A stretch of DNA of 64,000 nt, taken from assembly GCA_964346655.1 (NCBI GenBank), contig CAYFVP010000134.1, forward strand, positions 44,746 through 108,745, read 5' to 3'. Below, piece by piece: positions 48,915 to 58,826 of this stretch. The position numbers and the translations under genes are program-made. Source of the stretch: an uncultured Thermoplasmatales archaeon (lineage in GTDB: Archaea; Thermoplasmatota; E2; DHVEG-1). The first letter of the stretch is position 1, and the number at the start of each line of letters is the position of its first letter. Under the pieces are notes generated by a model. That model saw only the letters and a list, made by a program, of their open reading frames with translations, ran no database searches and was not told where the DNA came from.

Positions 48915-51170
48915 CTATATAAATAGTTTAAAAAAATATCTTAATATTGGAGCTAGGTTAGGTAATTTTTCGACAAATCTTTTGCAAAACATATTAGAAA
49001 ATTTTTTTGTTTTAGGAATTATTACATCAAGCGTTTCCCAATCACTTTCTAAACCAAAAATATCTTTTGCACAGGCTTTAACTTTATATGTTCCTGGTGT
49101 ATCCCAACTATATTTAAAATCTATAGTTGTTCCTGAATCATGTGGTCCTGTCCAATTGCTAGTTTTATTGTCATCCCAATCAACTCGAAGATACACCTTA
49201 TTGTTATCAGGATCACTTATTGTGAAGTAATATTCCAAATTTTCAAAAACATTACTATTTTCAGGTCCTTCAATTTTAGGTGTATTGGGAGGGTTGTTTT
49301 CAAATTCGATAATCTTCAAACTAGGATCACCAAATAAATTGAGTTGATAGTAACACCATCTTATGCATGATCTCGATATTATTGCTAAATTATCTTCTTT
49401 TGAATCAGAATTTGCTCTACCGATTTCAGGGATGTTTTCTTTAAAGATTGCATCCCAAAATTCGCGATGGAAGCGTTGTGAATCTCCATCTGTACTATAA
49501 GACCAAAACCAACCAAATCTAGCATTCCAAATACCTGCAAATGCACCATTTTCTGTTTTTACAGTGAAATGTTCTGCGATGCAATCACAATAATCACAGT
49601 CAAATCCACCAGCCATACAACCTTGAGAGTATATAAAACAATAATCGTTATTTGAAAGGTCATATATTTCTTCATAATAATTTTTCATATTATATTCATA
49701 GTAAGAATGGCCATTGTGATTTATGATATGAAGACCGTTATTGATTTGATTTAATATTTCTTCGGGAGGCCAATAATTGCCTTCCCAATCTCTATCATAA
49801 ATTTTAATGATTGTATATTCTTCGCTGGGAAAACCAGTTGTTTCATATCCATCAGCTGAGCAAATATCAATCATTTGATCTAAATAATTGCCACCCCATG
49901 TTGCAATTCCAAAATCCCCAAGATACTCACCAGCAAAACATACACGTTTAAGATATTCTGAATCAGGATCTTTGTTTATGTAAGCTACAGTTTTTGCAAC
50001 GAAATTATTCACATCATTCATATCATCAACACATGCGCGACCAACATGTACCTCGGCATAAAGGTCAACGTCACCACCATCTTCTCCATCGGTAGGTTCG
50101 CCCCATTTTTCATCTCCATCAAAATTAAATGGCCCATCTAAACAGGAATAATAAAGATCCGATGGCATAAATGTTTCATATTCTGTAGTGTTTTCATCAA
50201 GACCCCAAACCCAAAGTTCTTTTGCTGGAACAATATCAATATCTCCACCTATAAGAATATAATTTACTCCCCAATTGAAATAAGCATCTTTGATAAATTG
50301 ACGAATATCTTCAGGAGTAGATTGAGTACCTCCAACATCTGATAAGGTTTTAATAACCGTTTTAAGACCCTTTGCATCATGTGCATTTTTTAAGGGTTGA
50401 AATCCTGATTTTAAAGAATCAGTTGTTAAAATTAATAAATCATAACTATCTAAAAATCTAGTTTTTGAATCAATATTTGAAATATATAATTCAGAAATTT
50501 CAGGATTATCAATTTTATTTCTCACTTCTATATGGTCTTGTTCTAATCCCCTAAATAAAGATTCCTTTTCATCATATTTTGTCTTAACTATTAACTCTAG
50601 ATTTTCATAATAAAAAAGTTCTCCTGAGACTGGATTATATTGCATGGGATGCAATAAAAGTACTAAAATATCATAGCCTTTAAAAGAGTATATTCCCACA
50701 AAAGAATATGTTTTTCCAGGGTAAAAATCATTATTTCCATAAATTTTGTTGTCCTTTTCAATTTTGACTGAAAACATTGATTTAGATATTGGAATAGGAT
50801 GACTAATTGGTTCAATATCAAAATCCTTACCAATTGTAATTTTATTTTTTACTTTAACTTGAATGCTATCTAATTTTGAATTAGGTGGAAGGAGAATATA
50901 TGCTCCTTTTGAGGGAATATTAGGTTCTTCTGGTTTTCCAGAGCAATAACAATCAAGAAGATTAACTCTATCATAGTTAGTATTCTCAATTACAACTTTA
51001 GATAAAACAGGTTTGTCAAAGTAATAAGATAATTTTTGGGTTTCAAAATTTGTATCTTCAGCTTCAACTTTATAACTAAAAGATGTTAGTAGTAGAGTCC
51101 CAACCAAAAATAATACTATACAGGATTTAAAATTATGTTTAGTTTTTATATTTTTCATAATTACTCTCAT
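48915..51170 (-). CDS. Secreted gingipain-family (C25) cysteine peptidase with propeptide and PKD-like domain
   Basis: Signal peptide; G.P.IP propeptide; LIGGD, PSDLYY, VGR, INHNGHS, YSQGC, NLFGDP. Confidence 0.9.
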   Translation of the reverse strand: MRVIMKNIKTKHNFKSCIVLFLVGTLLLTSFSYKVEAEDTNFETQKLSYYFDKPVLSKVVIENTNYDRVNLLDCYCSGKPEEPNIPSKGAYILLPPNSKLDSIQVKVKNKITIGKDFDIEPISHPIPISKSMFSVKIEKDNKIYGNNDFYPGKTYSFVGIYSFKGYDILVLLLHPMQYNPVSGELFYYENLELIVKTKYDEKESLFRGLEQDHIEVRNKIDNPEISELYISNIDSKTRFLDSYDLLILTTDSLKSGFQPLKNAHDAKGLKTVIKTLSDVGGTQSTPEDIRQFIKDAYFNWGVNYILIGGDIDIVPAKELWVWGLDENTTEYETFMPSDLYYSCLDGPFNFDGDEKWGEPTDGEDGGDVDLYAEVHVGRACVDDMNDVNNFVAKTVAYINKDPDSEYLKRVCFAGEYLGDFGIATWGGNYLDQMIDICSADGYETTGFPSEEYTIIKIYDRDWEGNYWPPEEILNQINNGLHIINHNGHSYYEYNMKNYYEEIYDLSNNDYCFIYSQGCMAGGFDCDYCDCIAEHFTVKTENGAFAGIWNARFGWFWSYSTDGDSQRFHREFWDAIFKENIPEIGRANSDSKEDNLAIISRSCIRWCYYQLNLFGDPSLKIIEFENNPPNTPKIEGPENSNVFENLEYYFTISDPDNNKVYLRVDWDDNKTSNWTGPHDSGTTIDFKYSWDTPGTYKVKACAKDIFGLESDWETLDVIIPKTKKFSNMFCKRFVEKLPNLAPILRYFFKLFI

Positions 51171-51386
51171 ATGCAATAGGTTAACTAGTTTATAAAAATT
51201 TCAATAAAAAACTATGCCTTATAAAAAACATTTTAAATTTTTATAAATTATCAAATAAAATGAAAAATTGCTTTATAATTTGTGATTAAAAAAGCCTCAA
51301 AATATTATTAAAAAATATAAAATATATAAATACAAACTTTAATTTTATATATTTATTAATTATATAGAATATTGGAGTAATTATCT

Positions 51387-52484
51387 ATGAAAAAGTTGAT
51401 CGCTGTTTTCATAATTATCATATTATTTGGAAGTATACCAGTTATATCTAATCAATTAAGTTATAAAAAAATGGATGATTTACCCTCTTATTTTAACTAT
51501 CGAGATATTGACGGTATCGATTATACAACTGCTATTAAAGACCAAACACCAGCTCCTACTTGTGAGGCATATGCATTGTGTGCTGCCCTTGAAACAATAA
51601 TACAGTATCAAACTGGTGAATTATTCGAGCCAGATTTATCGGATTGTCATCTCTATTTTTATGCAGGTGGAACTTATGAAGAAGGTTATGTTAATCTTAT
51701 AGATGCAGCAAATTATCTGATGGAATATGGAGTTCCAGATGAAGGTTGTTATCCTGATCCCCATAGGGCTTTTGACTACCCATTTGAAAGCATACCTGGA
51801 TGGGAAAATAGAACTGTAAAAATTCAAGAATGGGGATGGGTAGATCATGATGTTGAATCAATAAAAAAAGCATTGATTGAACACGGCCCACTTGTAATAT
51901 GTGGTTGGATCTGGAGAGATTTCAATTATTACCGGAATGGAGTTTATAAACATAAATGGGGAAGATTAACAGGAGGGCATGTAATAACAATTGTTGGATA
52001 TGATGACAGTAAACAATGCTGGATTGTAAAAAACAGCTGGGGGACTAAATGGGGAGAGAAAGGCTGGTTTAAATTGGCATATGATGCAAATATGATTACA
52101 GACAAATGGTATGGAGAAGGCTCAGGAATAATGTATGTTGATGGCGTATATGGAAACATTAAGCCAGATGTCCCTAAAGTTTATATTGAAACACCAAAAA
52201 TCTATAAGTCTTATTTTTTCGGTATAGAAATTCCAACAATTATTAAAAAATTACGTATTCAAAGAGGCGCAGCAAGATTTCTTGGAAATGTACAAGTAAA
52301 AGTAATCACAGAAAATACAGACAAAGTAGAATTTTACATAGATAATGAACTAAAACATATCGATTATGAAGCACCATTCACGTGTAATATTCATACTTCA
52401 CGGGGACTTCACACATTAGAAGCACGAGCATATAATAATCAAAATTATTCAATAGACATAAGAGATATCTATTCGTTTTTTTAA
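51387..52484 (+). CDS. Secreted atypical C1A peptidase with C-terminal Ig-like domain
   Basis: LPSYFNYRD, KDQTPAPTCEAYA, GGHVITIVGY, KNSWG; VEFYID..PF. Confidence 0.85.
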   Translation: MKKLIAVFIIIILFGSIPVISNQLSYKKMDDLPSYFNYRDIDGIDYTTAIKDQTPAPTCEAYALCAALETIIQYQTGELFEPDLSDCHLYFYAGGTYEEGYVNLIDAANYLMEYGVPDEGCYPDPHRAFDYPFESIPGWENRTVKIQEWGWVDHDVESIKKALIEHGPLVICGWIWRDFNYYRNGVYKHKWGRLTGGHVITIVGYDDSKQCWIVKNSWGTKWGEKGWFKLAYDANMITDKWYGEGSGIMYVDGVYGNIKPDVPKVYIETPKIYKSYFFGIEIPTIIKKLRIQRGAARFLGNVQVKVITENTDKVEFYIDNELKHIDYEAPFTCNIHTSRGLHTLEARAYNNQNYSIDIRDIYSFF

Positions 52485-52544
52485 AAAAATTGATTTTTAT
52501 AGATTATTGCCCTCTGAAAAGAATTAAAATTATTTTACTGAAAC

Positions 52545-53579
52545 TTATTTTTTAACAACATTTTTAATTGTTTCTGTGAAATCTATTACATCCTCTCTGG
52601 TTGTATTAAATGAGCACATCCATCTAACTTCTGAGGTTTGTTCATTAAATATATGGAAAAAATATTTCTTTTGTATTTCTGTAATATGTCTTTTTAAAAG
52701 AGATGCAAATACTGCATTAACTTGAACTTTTTGAGTTATATTTATATTAGGAATATCTTTAACTTCACTATATAATAATTGAGCCATACTGTTTGCATGT
52801 TTAGCATTTTCAAGCCATAGATTATTTGATAGTAGTGCTTCAAATTGTGAAGAAATAAAACGCATCTTTGAAGTAAGATGCATACCTTGTTTCCTAATAA
52901 ATTCAAAGTTTTTTGATAATTTTTTATCAAAAAAAATCACTGCATCACCAAACATCATACCATTTTTTGTTCCCCCAAAAGATAAAACGTCAACTCCTGT
53001 GTCAGCAGTTATTGTTTTTAGATCAACATTCAGACTGGCTGCAGCATTACAAAGTCTTGCACCATCCATATGTAGAATCATATTTTGACTATGGGCAAAA
53101 TTAGAAAGATCTTTAATTTCTTTAGGAGTATAAACTGTTCCTAATTCAGTCGATTGTGTAATAGATATTACTCTTGGTTGAGCCATATGAGGATCACCAA
53201 AACCAACAATATAAGGTTTTAACAAATCAATTGTAAGTTTTCCATCAGTTGTTGGAATTGTTGTAAGCTTACAACCTGTATATTTTTCTGGACCACAACA
53301 TTCATGGACATTTAAATGAGCAGTTTCTGCACAGAAAATAGAGTTAAATGATTCAGTCACCGCCTTAATTCCTAATATATTTGCAGCTGTTCCATTTCCA
53401 ACAAAATAAACATCAATATTTTTTCCAAAATGTTCTTTAAATTTTTTAATAGCACATGTGGTATATTCATCATCTCCATATGCTAGAGAAAAACCAACAT
53501 TGATAGATTCAATTGCTCTAATTATTTCAGGATGGATACCAGAATGATTGTCGCTTCCAAATTCATAATTTACAGTCAT
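52545..53579 (-). CDS. ltaE: Low-specificity L-threonine aldolase
   Basis: FGSDN, YGDD, GTAAN, HMDGARL, SFGGTKNG. Confidence 0.88.
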   Translation of the reverse strand: MTVNYEFGSDNHSGIHPEIIRAIESINVGFSLAYGDDEYTTCAIKKFKEHFGKNIDVYFVGNGTAANILGIKAVTESFNSIFCAETAHLNVHECCGPEKYTGCKLTTIPTTDGKLTIDLLKPYIVGFGDPHMAQPRVISITQSTELGTVYTPKEIKDLSNFAHSQNMILHMDGARLCNAAASLNVDLKTITADTGVDVLSFGGTKNGMMFGDAVIFFDKKLSKNFEFIRKQGMHLTSKMRFISSQFEALLSNNLWLENAKHANSMAQLLYSEVKDIPNINITQKVQVNAVFASLLKRHITEIQKKYFFHIFNEQTSEVRWMCSFNTTREDVIDFTETIKNVVKK

Positions 53580-53708
53580 AAAATATTTCAAAAAATAGTA
53601 ATATATAAAGTCTTCTATATTCAATAAAATTATCAGAAACTATTTACTTTTTATTAACTACAAAAGATATATTAAAAAAGTTATTATATATGAAATTCAT
53701 TGATTCTG

Positions 53709-54104
53709 ATGTTAAGAAAAAATTTACCTAAATCCAATAAAGAGTGGAAAAAGTTATTGAATCCTGATGAATATCATATTTTAAGAGAAAAAGGAACAGA
53801 ACCTGCTTTTAGAGGAAAATATGTAAATAAAAAAGATAAAGGCGTTTATGTTTGTGCAGGCTGTGGAAACGAGTTATTTTCCTCAGATGCAAAATTTGAT
53901 TCTGGAAGTGGTTGGCCAAGTTTTTGGACAACTATTTCAAAAGATAAGGTGAGATTCAATATTGATGATAGTCATGGTATGATAAGAACAGAGGTTGTTT
54001 GCAGTCGCTGTGGTGGGCATCTTGGTCATGTTTTTGATGATGGGCCAAAACCCACAGGAAAAAGATTTTGTATTAATTCAATTGCTCTACATTTTAAAGA
54101 TTAA
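53709..54104 (+). CDS. msrB: Peptide methionine (R)-sulfoxide reductase
   Basis: [33 protein letters not shown]. Confidence 0.95.
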   Translation: MLRKNLPKSNKEWKKLLNPDEYHILREKGTEPAFRGKYVNKKDKGVYVCAGCGNELFSSDAKFDSGSGWPSFWTTISKDKVRFNIDDSHGMIRTEVVCSRCGGHLGHVFDDGPKPTGKRFCINSIALHFKD

Positions 54105-54212
54105 AAAATCATAAAATCTTATTTTATATTTTGTTTTAATATTAAAAATCTTGATCTAATAAAAAAAATTAAATACTTAAATAATCTTTTAATTTGGGAG
54201 ATGTGATATAAA

Positions 54213-54416
54213 ATGGGAGTCTATAAGATAATTGATATTGTTGGAACATCAGAAAAAAGCTTTTCTGATGCTTCGAAAAATGCTGTTATTGAGGCAGGAA
54301 AAACAGTTAAAAAAATTCGAAGAGCAGAGGTCAAAAAATTTGATATAAAAGTTGAAAACGACAGACCTGTTCAATATAGAGCAGAAATGAATATCGCTTT
54401 TGAAATTGAAAGATAA
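54213..54416 (+). CDS. Dodecin-family flavin-binding protein
   Basis: VYKIIDIVGTS..SFSDA..NAV..A.KTV. Confidence 0.88.
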   Translation: MGVYKIIDIVGTSEKSFSDASKNAVIEAGKTVKKIRRAEVKKFDIKVENDRPVQYRAEMNIAFEIER

Positions 54417-54427
54417 ATTAGTCTAAT

Positions 54428-55675
54428 CTAAATTAAAGGAACAGTTAAACTTCCAAACGGCAATACCACGATGCGTGGTTTTTTACCTTTAGATTTAATC
54501 AATTTAATAGCATCATCTGTAGCGGTTTGAATATCTGAATAAGGTTTCAGCATAGCCTTTTTAATTATTTCGTCATCTAAATCTGTAACTGCCCACATTT
54601 CTGCCCTTATTCCAATTTGGGCCATTTTCGCAGCTTTGTGAAATCCTAGTTTATATTCCTCTTTTAAGATGTTTAAGATTTCCTTAGGAGTATCAGCTCT
54701 ACATAATAATTCTAAAAATGCATCCTCTCCAACTCCAGTTCTACATTTTGAAACAAGAATTATTATACCATCATCTTCGAGAGCAAGTTTCCCATTGTCA
54801 AGTGCTTTTTGAGATTGATAAAGATCAATATCCATTGGAAAAGGTGCTGCAGTAATTACAATGTTACCTTTTTGCTTTAATTTTACACAAAAAATTTGAT
54901 TTGAAAATTTAATTGCTGCATCAAAAGATTTATGTAAATCACCTGCAGTTACTGCAAAAAGTTTATGATCACCTGTTAAAACAGTCTGAATTGAAAAAAC
55001 ATTTAGGTCCTTTAAAACATTCATTGCATCAACCATATCCTCATTTACAGGATTGTCCTCAAGTGCGAGAGATCGTGCATCATCGCTTAATGCAAGTTTA
55101 TGATTCATTTCAATAGTTTTATAGGATGCAACACCTGGCAAAAAGGATTTTCTGCCACCAGTATACCCAGCAAAATAATGTGGTTCAACACTTCCAATAA
55201 CAAGTATATTTTTATATTCAGAAACTAGTTTATTTATATACATTTCAGTTCCATTTTTTGACTTACCAAGATAAGTCATATCCTCATCTTTACGGGCATC
55301 ATGAGCATATACTTTTCTTCTGAAAACTTTATAGGTATCTCCAAAAATATATCTGAATTCTTCTTCAGTTGGGGCACGATGAACGCCTGTTGCAATAAGA
55401 AATTTTATATCTGGATGAGAAGAAAGCACTGGTAAAAGATATTTTAAGATTTTAGATGTTGGTGTAGGTCTTGTGGCATCATTAATAATTACAAGGAGTC
55501 TATCACAATCTTCTGCAAATTCATCATATGATTCAAAACCAATAGGATTTTCAAGGGCATCTTCAATTAATTTATTTTCATCCTTAATTTTAACTTTTTT
55601 TGGTACCAAAATCTCAGAATCTTCAGGAATATTAATCTTGTTATTTTCCTTTCCATATGGTATTTTAACCTGCAT
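54428..55675 (-). CDS. larA: Nickel-pincer-dependent lactate/2-hydroxyacid racemase family protein
   Basis: NDATRPTP, ATGVHR, HD, EPHYFAGYTGGRK, NH, DLYQSQK. Confidence 0.88.
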   Translation of the reverse strand: MQVKIPYGKENNKINIPEDSEILVPKKVKIKDENKLIEDALENPIGFESYDEFAEDCDRLLVIINDATRPTPTSKILKYLLPVLSSHPDIKFLIATGVHRAPTEEEFRYIFGDTYKVFRRKVYAHDARKDEDMTYLGKSKNGTEMYINKLVSEYKNILVIGSVEPHYFAGYTGGRKSFLPGVASYKTIEMNHKLALSDDARSLALEDNPVNEDMVDAMNVLKDLNVFSIQTVLTGDHKLFAVTAGDLHKSFDAAIKFSNQIFCVKLKQKGNIVITAAPFPMDIDLYQSQKALDNGKLALEDDGIIILVSKCRTGVGEDAFLELLCRADTPKEILNILKEEYKLGFHKAAKMAQIGIRAEMWAVTDLDDEIIKKAMLKPYSDIQTATDDAIKLIKSKGKKPRIVVLPFGSLTVPLI

Positions 55676-55752
55676 TTATCTTCCCTCAAATAGATATCCT
55701 GAATAAAAAAAGCACCTAATATATTTATATCATTCGGAATATTCCTTGGAAG

Positions 55753-57219
55753 ATGAAAAATTTCCATGTAGCAATAGTTGGAGGGGGAGTTATTGGTTCT
55801 TCAATTGCATGGGAGTTATCAAAATATAATTTGAGGGTAGCTGTTTTTGAAAAAGGAAGTGATGTTGCATCTGAAACCAGCAAAGCAAATAGTGGAGTAA
55901 TACATAGTAGTATCAATTCACCAACTGATTCGCTTAAAGCTCATTTCTGCTTTGAAGGAAACAACTTATTTCAAAATCTATCAGAAACATTAGGTTTTCA
56001 TGTAAAATGGGTTGGGAAATATGTAATTGCAAAAGACGAAGAGCAAGTAAAAGAACTTGAGTGTTTAAAAAAAGTTGGAATAAAAAATAAAGTTCAAGGT
56101 TTAGAAATAAAAGATGAGAATGAAGTTAAGCTAAAAGAACCCAATGTTCCCTGCTACAAAGCTTTATGGGTTCCAACAGCTGGAATAGTTCTTCCCTATC
56201 AAATGACAATTGCTTTTGCTGAAAATGCGGCAATAAATGATGTAAATTTTTTCCTTGAAACTAAAGTAATAGGATTAAAAAAAGAAAAAGAATCTTTTAT
56301 AATTAAAACAAACAAAGGACTATTTGAATCTAGTATATTGATAAATGCAGCAGGTATCAACTGTAGAGAAATTGTAGAAATGTTAGAAGAACCTGATTTT
56401 AATGTTTATCCTTGTAGAGGAGAGTACCTTGTTTTAGATAAAAATTATAGGGATTTAATAAATGCGATTATTTATCCTATCCCTCCAAAAAAACTTGGTG
56501 TTTTAGGTGTTCATATTACACCAACAATTGAAGGAAACATCTTACTTGGCCCTAGTGCAGAATTTATTACTGATTCAGAAGATAAAATAACAACAAATAA
56601 TATGATGAATGTAATTCTAAAAGAGGCAAAAGAAATAATTCCTTCTTTACCAGAAAAAGCAGTTATTAATGCTTATTCAGGGATAAGGTGCAAACTTGCA
56701 TCGCCTAATCAAGGTGGATGGGCTGATTATAGAATTGAGGAAAGCAAACAAACGCCAGGTCTTATTAATCTATTAGGAATTGAATCACCTGGTCTTACTG
56801 CAGCACCAGCTATAGCAAGATATGTAAAAAAGATGGTTTCAAATCATATTAAGTTACAAGAAAAAAATGACTTTAAAATTAAAAAAATTAAAACAAATCG
56901 TTTTTCTAAAATGAAAGCAAATGAAAAATCAAAAGTGATTAATAAAGATAAATTCTGGGGAAGAATTATTTGTAGATGTGAGCATGTTACTGAAGCCGAG
57001 GTAATAAATGCACTATCTAATCCACTTAATGCAAAAACTCTTTCTTCTGTTAAATTTCGTTGTAGAGCAGGCATGGGTAGATGCCAAGGAGGTTTTTGTA
57101 CTCAACATATTGTAAGAGTAATGCAGAATCAATTCAATATAAAAATTGATGAAATTAAAATGAAATCACCTGAATCAAAACTTTTTTTTGGTAGAATAAG
57201 GGAGAAAAGAAATGATTAA
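55753..57219 (+). CDS. FAD-dependent oxidoreductase (LhgO/GlpA-like) with C-terminal BFD-like [2Fe-2S] domain
   Basis: VGGGVIG, SKANSGVIH, RGEY, LGVH, GIESPGLTAAPAIA, CRCE..GMGRCQGGFC. Confidence 0.87.
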   Translation: MKNFHVAIVGGGVIGSSIAWELSKYNLRVAVFEKGSDVASETSKANSGVIHSSINSPTDSLKAHFCFEGNNLFQNLSETLGFHVKWVGKYVIAKDEEQVKELECLKKVGIKNKVQGLEIKDENEVKLKEPNVPCYKALWVPTAGIVLPYQMTIAFAENAAINDVNFFLETKVIGLKKEKESFIIKTNKGLFESSILINAAGINCREIVEMLEEPDFNVYPCRGEYLVLDKNYRDLINAIIYPIPPKKLGVLGVHITPTIEGNILLGPSAEFITDSEDKITTNNMMNVILKEAKEIIPSLPEKAVINAYSGIRCKLASPNQGGWADYRIEESKQTPGLINLLGIESPGLTAAPAIARYVKKMVSNHIKLQEKNDFKIKKIKTNRFSKMKANEKSKVINKDKFWGRIICRCEHVTEAEVINALSNPLNAKTLSSVKFRCRAGMGRCQGGFCTQHIVRVMQNQFNIKIDEIKMKSPESKLFFGRIREKRND

Positions 57220-58462
57220 TCAAAATGCAGATGTTGCAATAATTGGTAGTGGTCCTGCAGGTCTTGCAGCAGCAATTTCTGCTCGAAACAATGGTGCTGA
57301 AAAGGTTGTAATTATTGATAGAAATAGCTGGCTTGGAGGAATTTTACCACAGTGTATTCATGATGGATTTGGAGTTGAAGAAATTGGTAAATCTTTGACT
57401 GGATCAGAGTATGCAGATATGTATATTAAATTGGCTGAAAAACAAAATGTTACATTCATGATGGAAACAATGGTCCTAGAGTTTAATAAAAACCGAGAAA
57501 TAATAGCTGTAAATAAAGATGGTATATTCAAAATTAGCGCAAAATCCATTATTCTTGCTATGGGGTGTAGAGAAAAAACAAGATGGAATGCAATGATACC
57601 AGGTGATAAACCCAGTGGTATTTTTACTGCGGGAGTTGCTCAGGCATTCATTAATCTTTATAATATAATGATTGGCAAAAATGTTGTCATTTTGGGCTCA
57701 GGCGATGTTGGCCTTATTATGGCCCGACGTTTAAAATTTGAAGGAGCAAATGTTCTTGGTGTTGTTGAAATTTTTCCTTATGCTTGCGGTCTTCCTAGAA
57801 ATGTTGTTCAATGTCTTGATGATTATGAAATACCTCTTTATTTGAACCATACAGTTACATATATTAAAGGTCGAGAAAGACTTGAAAGTGTGACAATTGC
57901 TAAAATAGATAAGAAATTAAATGTTATTTCTGGGTCTGAAAAAGAGCTCAAATGTGACACTCTTCTTTTATCACTAGGTTTGATTCCTGAAAACGAGTTA
58001 TCTAAGGATGTTGGAATAGAGCTTGACAATTTTACTGGTGGACCTGTTGTTAATCAAATCTTTGAAACTTCATTACCTGGAGTTTTTGCATGTGGCAACT
58101 GCCTTCAGGTTTATGATACGGTCGATGCCTTATCAGTTGATGCAAAAATTGCAGGAAAAAATGCAGCCAAGTTTGCATCAGGTAAAAAGATGCAAACTTC
58201 AAAAGGAATTTTTGTTAAAGCTGGGAAAGGTGTTCGATATGTTGTTCCCCAAAAAATAACTAAGGCAGGAAATATAACATTGAAATTAAGAGTAACTGAG
58301 CCAAAAGAAACTCCAACATTACGAATAACTACAAATAATAAAGAATTGAAAAAGAAAAAATTACCTTATGCAAATCCAGCAAATATGATTATTTTTGATG
58401 TGAATATTTCAGAAGAAATAATTAAGTCTGCAATGTTTTTGGAGGTAACAATAGATGACTGA
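57212..58462 (+). CDS. NAD(P)/FAD-dependent oxidoreductase
   Basis: IGSGPAG, GGILPQCIH.GFG, GSGDVGLIMARR, FACGN. Confidence 0.87.
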   Translation: MINQNADVAIIGSGPAGLAAAISARNNGAEKVVIIDRNSWLGGILPQCIHDGFGVEEIGKSLTGSEYADMYIKLAEKQNVTFMMETMVLEFNKNREIIAVNKDGIFKISAKSIILAMGCREKTRWNAMIPGDKPSGIFTAGVAQAFINLYNIMIGKNVVILGSGDVGLIMARRLKFEGANVLGVVEIFPYACGLPRNVVQCLDDYEIPLYLNHTVTYIKGRERLESVTIAKIDKKLNVISGSEKELKCDTLLLSLGLIPENELSKDVGIELDNFTGGPVVNQIFETSLPGVFACGNCLQVYDTVDALSVDAKIAGKNAAKFASGKKMQTSKGIFVKAGKGVRYVVPQKITKAGNITLKLRVTEPKETPTLRITTNNKELKKKKLPYANPANMIIFDVNISEEIIKSAMFLEVTIDD

Positions 58463-58826
58463 AAAAAAGGAAATAACATGTATCATTTGCCCGATTGGAT
58501 GTAAAATACTTGTTAATAAAAAGGGAGAAAATGTTGAAATTTGTAAGGGTTATAAATGCAAAAAGGGAATTGATTATGCAATAAATGAAGCACTAGATCC
58601 AAGACGAGTTTTAACAACATCTGTTCTTGTTGAAAATGGAGAGTGGCCACTTGTTAGTGTTAAAAGCTTACGGCCAGTTCCAAAAGATAAAATTTTTAAT
58701 GTTTTAAAGGAAATTAAGAAAATAAAGATAAAGGCACCAGTAAAAATTGGAAAAATAATTATTAGAAATATTGCTGAAACAGGTATTGATATTATTGCAA
58801 CTAAATCAATTAAAAGTTATTCATAG
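58455..58826 (+). CDS. DUF1667-like CxxC metal-binding subunit
   Basis: CIICPIGC, C.KG..YA..E..DPRR.LTTSV. Confidence 0.82.
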   Translation: MTEKKEITCIICPIGCKILVNKKGENVEICKGYKCKKGIDYAINEALDPRRVLTTSVLVENGEWPLVSVKSLRPVPKDKIFNVLKEIKKIKIKAPVKIGKIIIRNIAETGIDIIATKSIKSYS

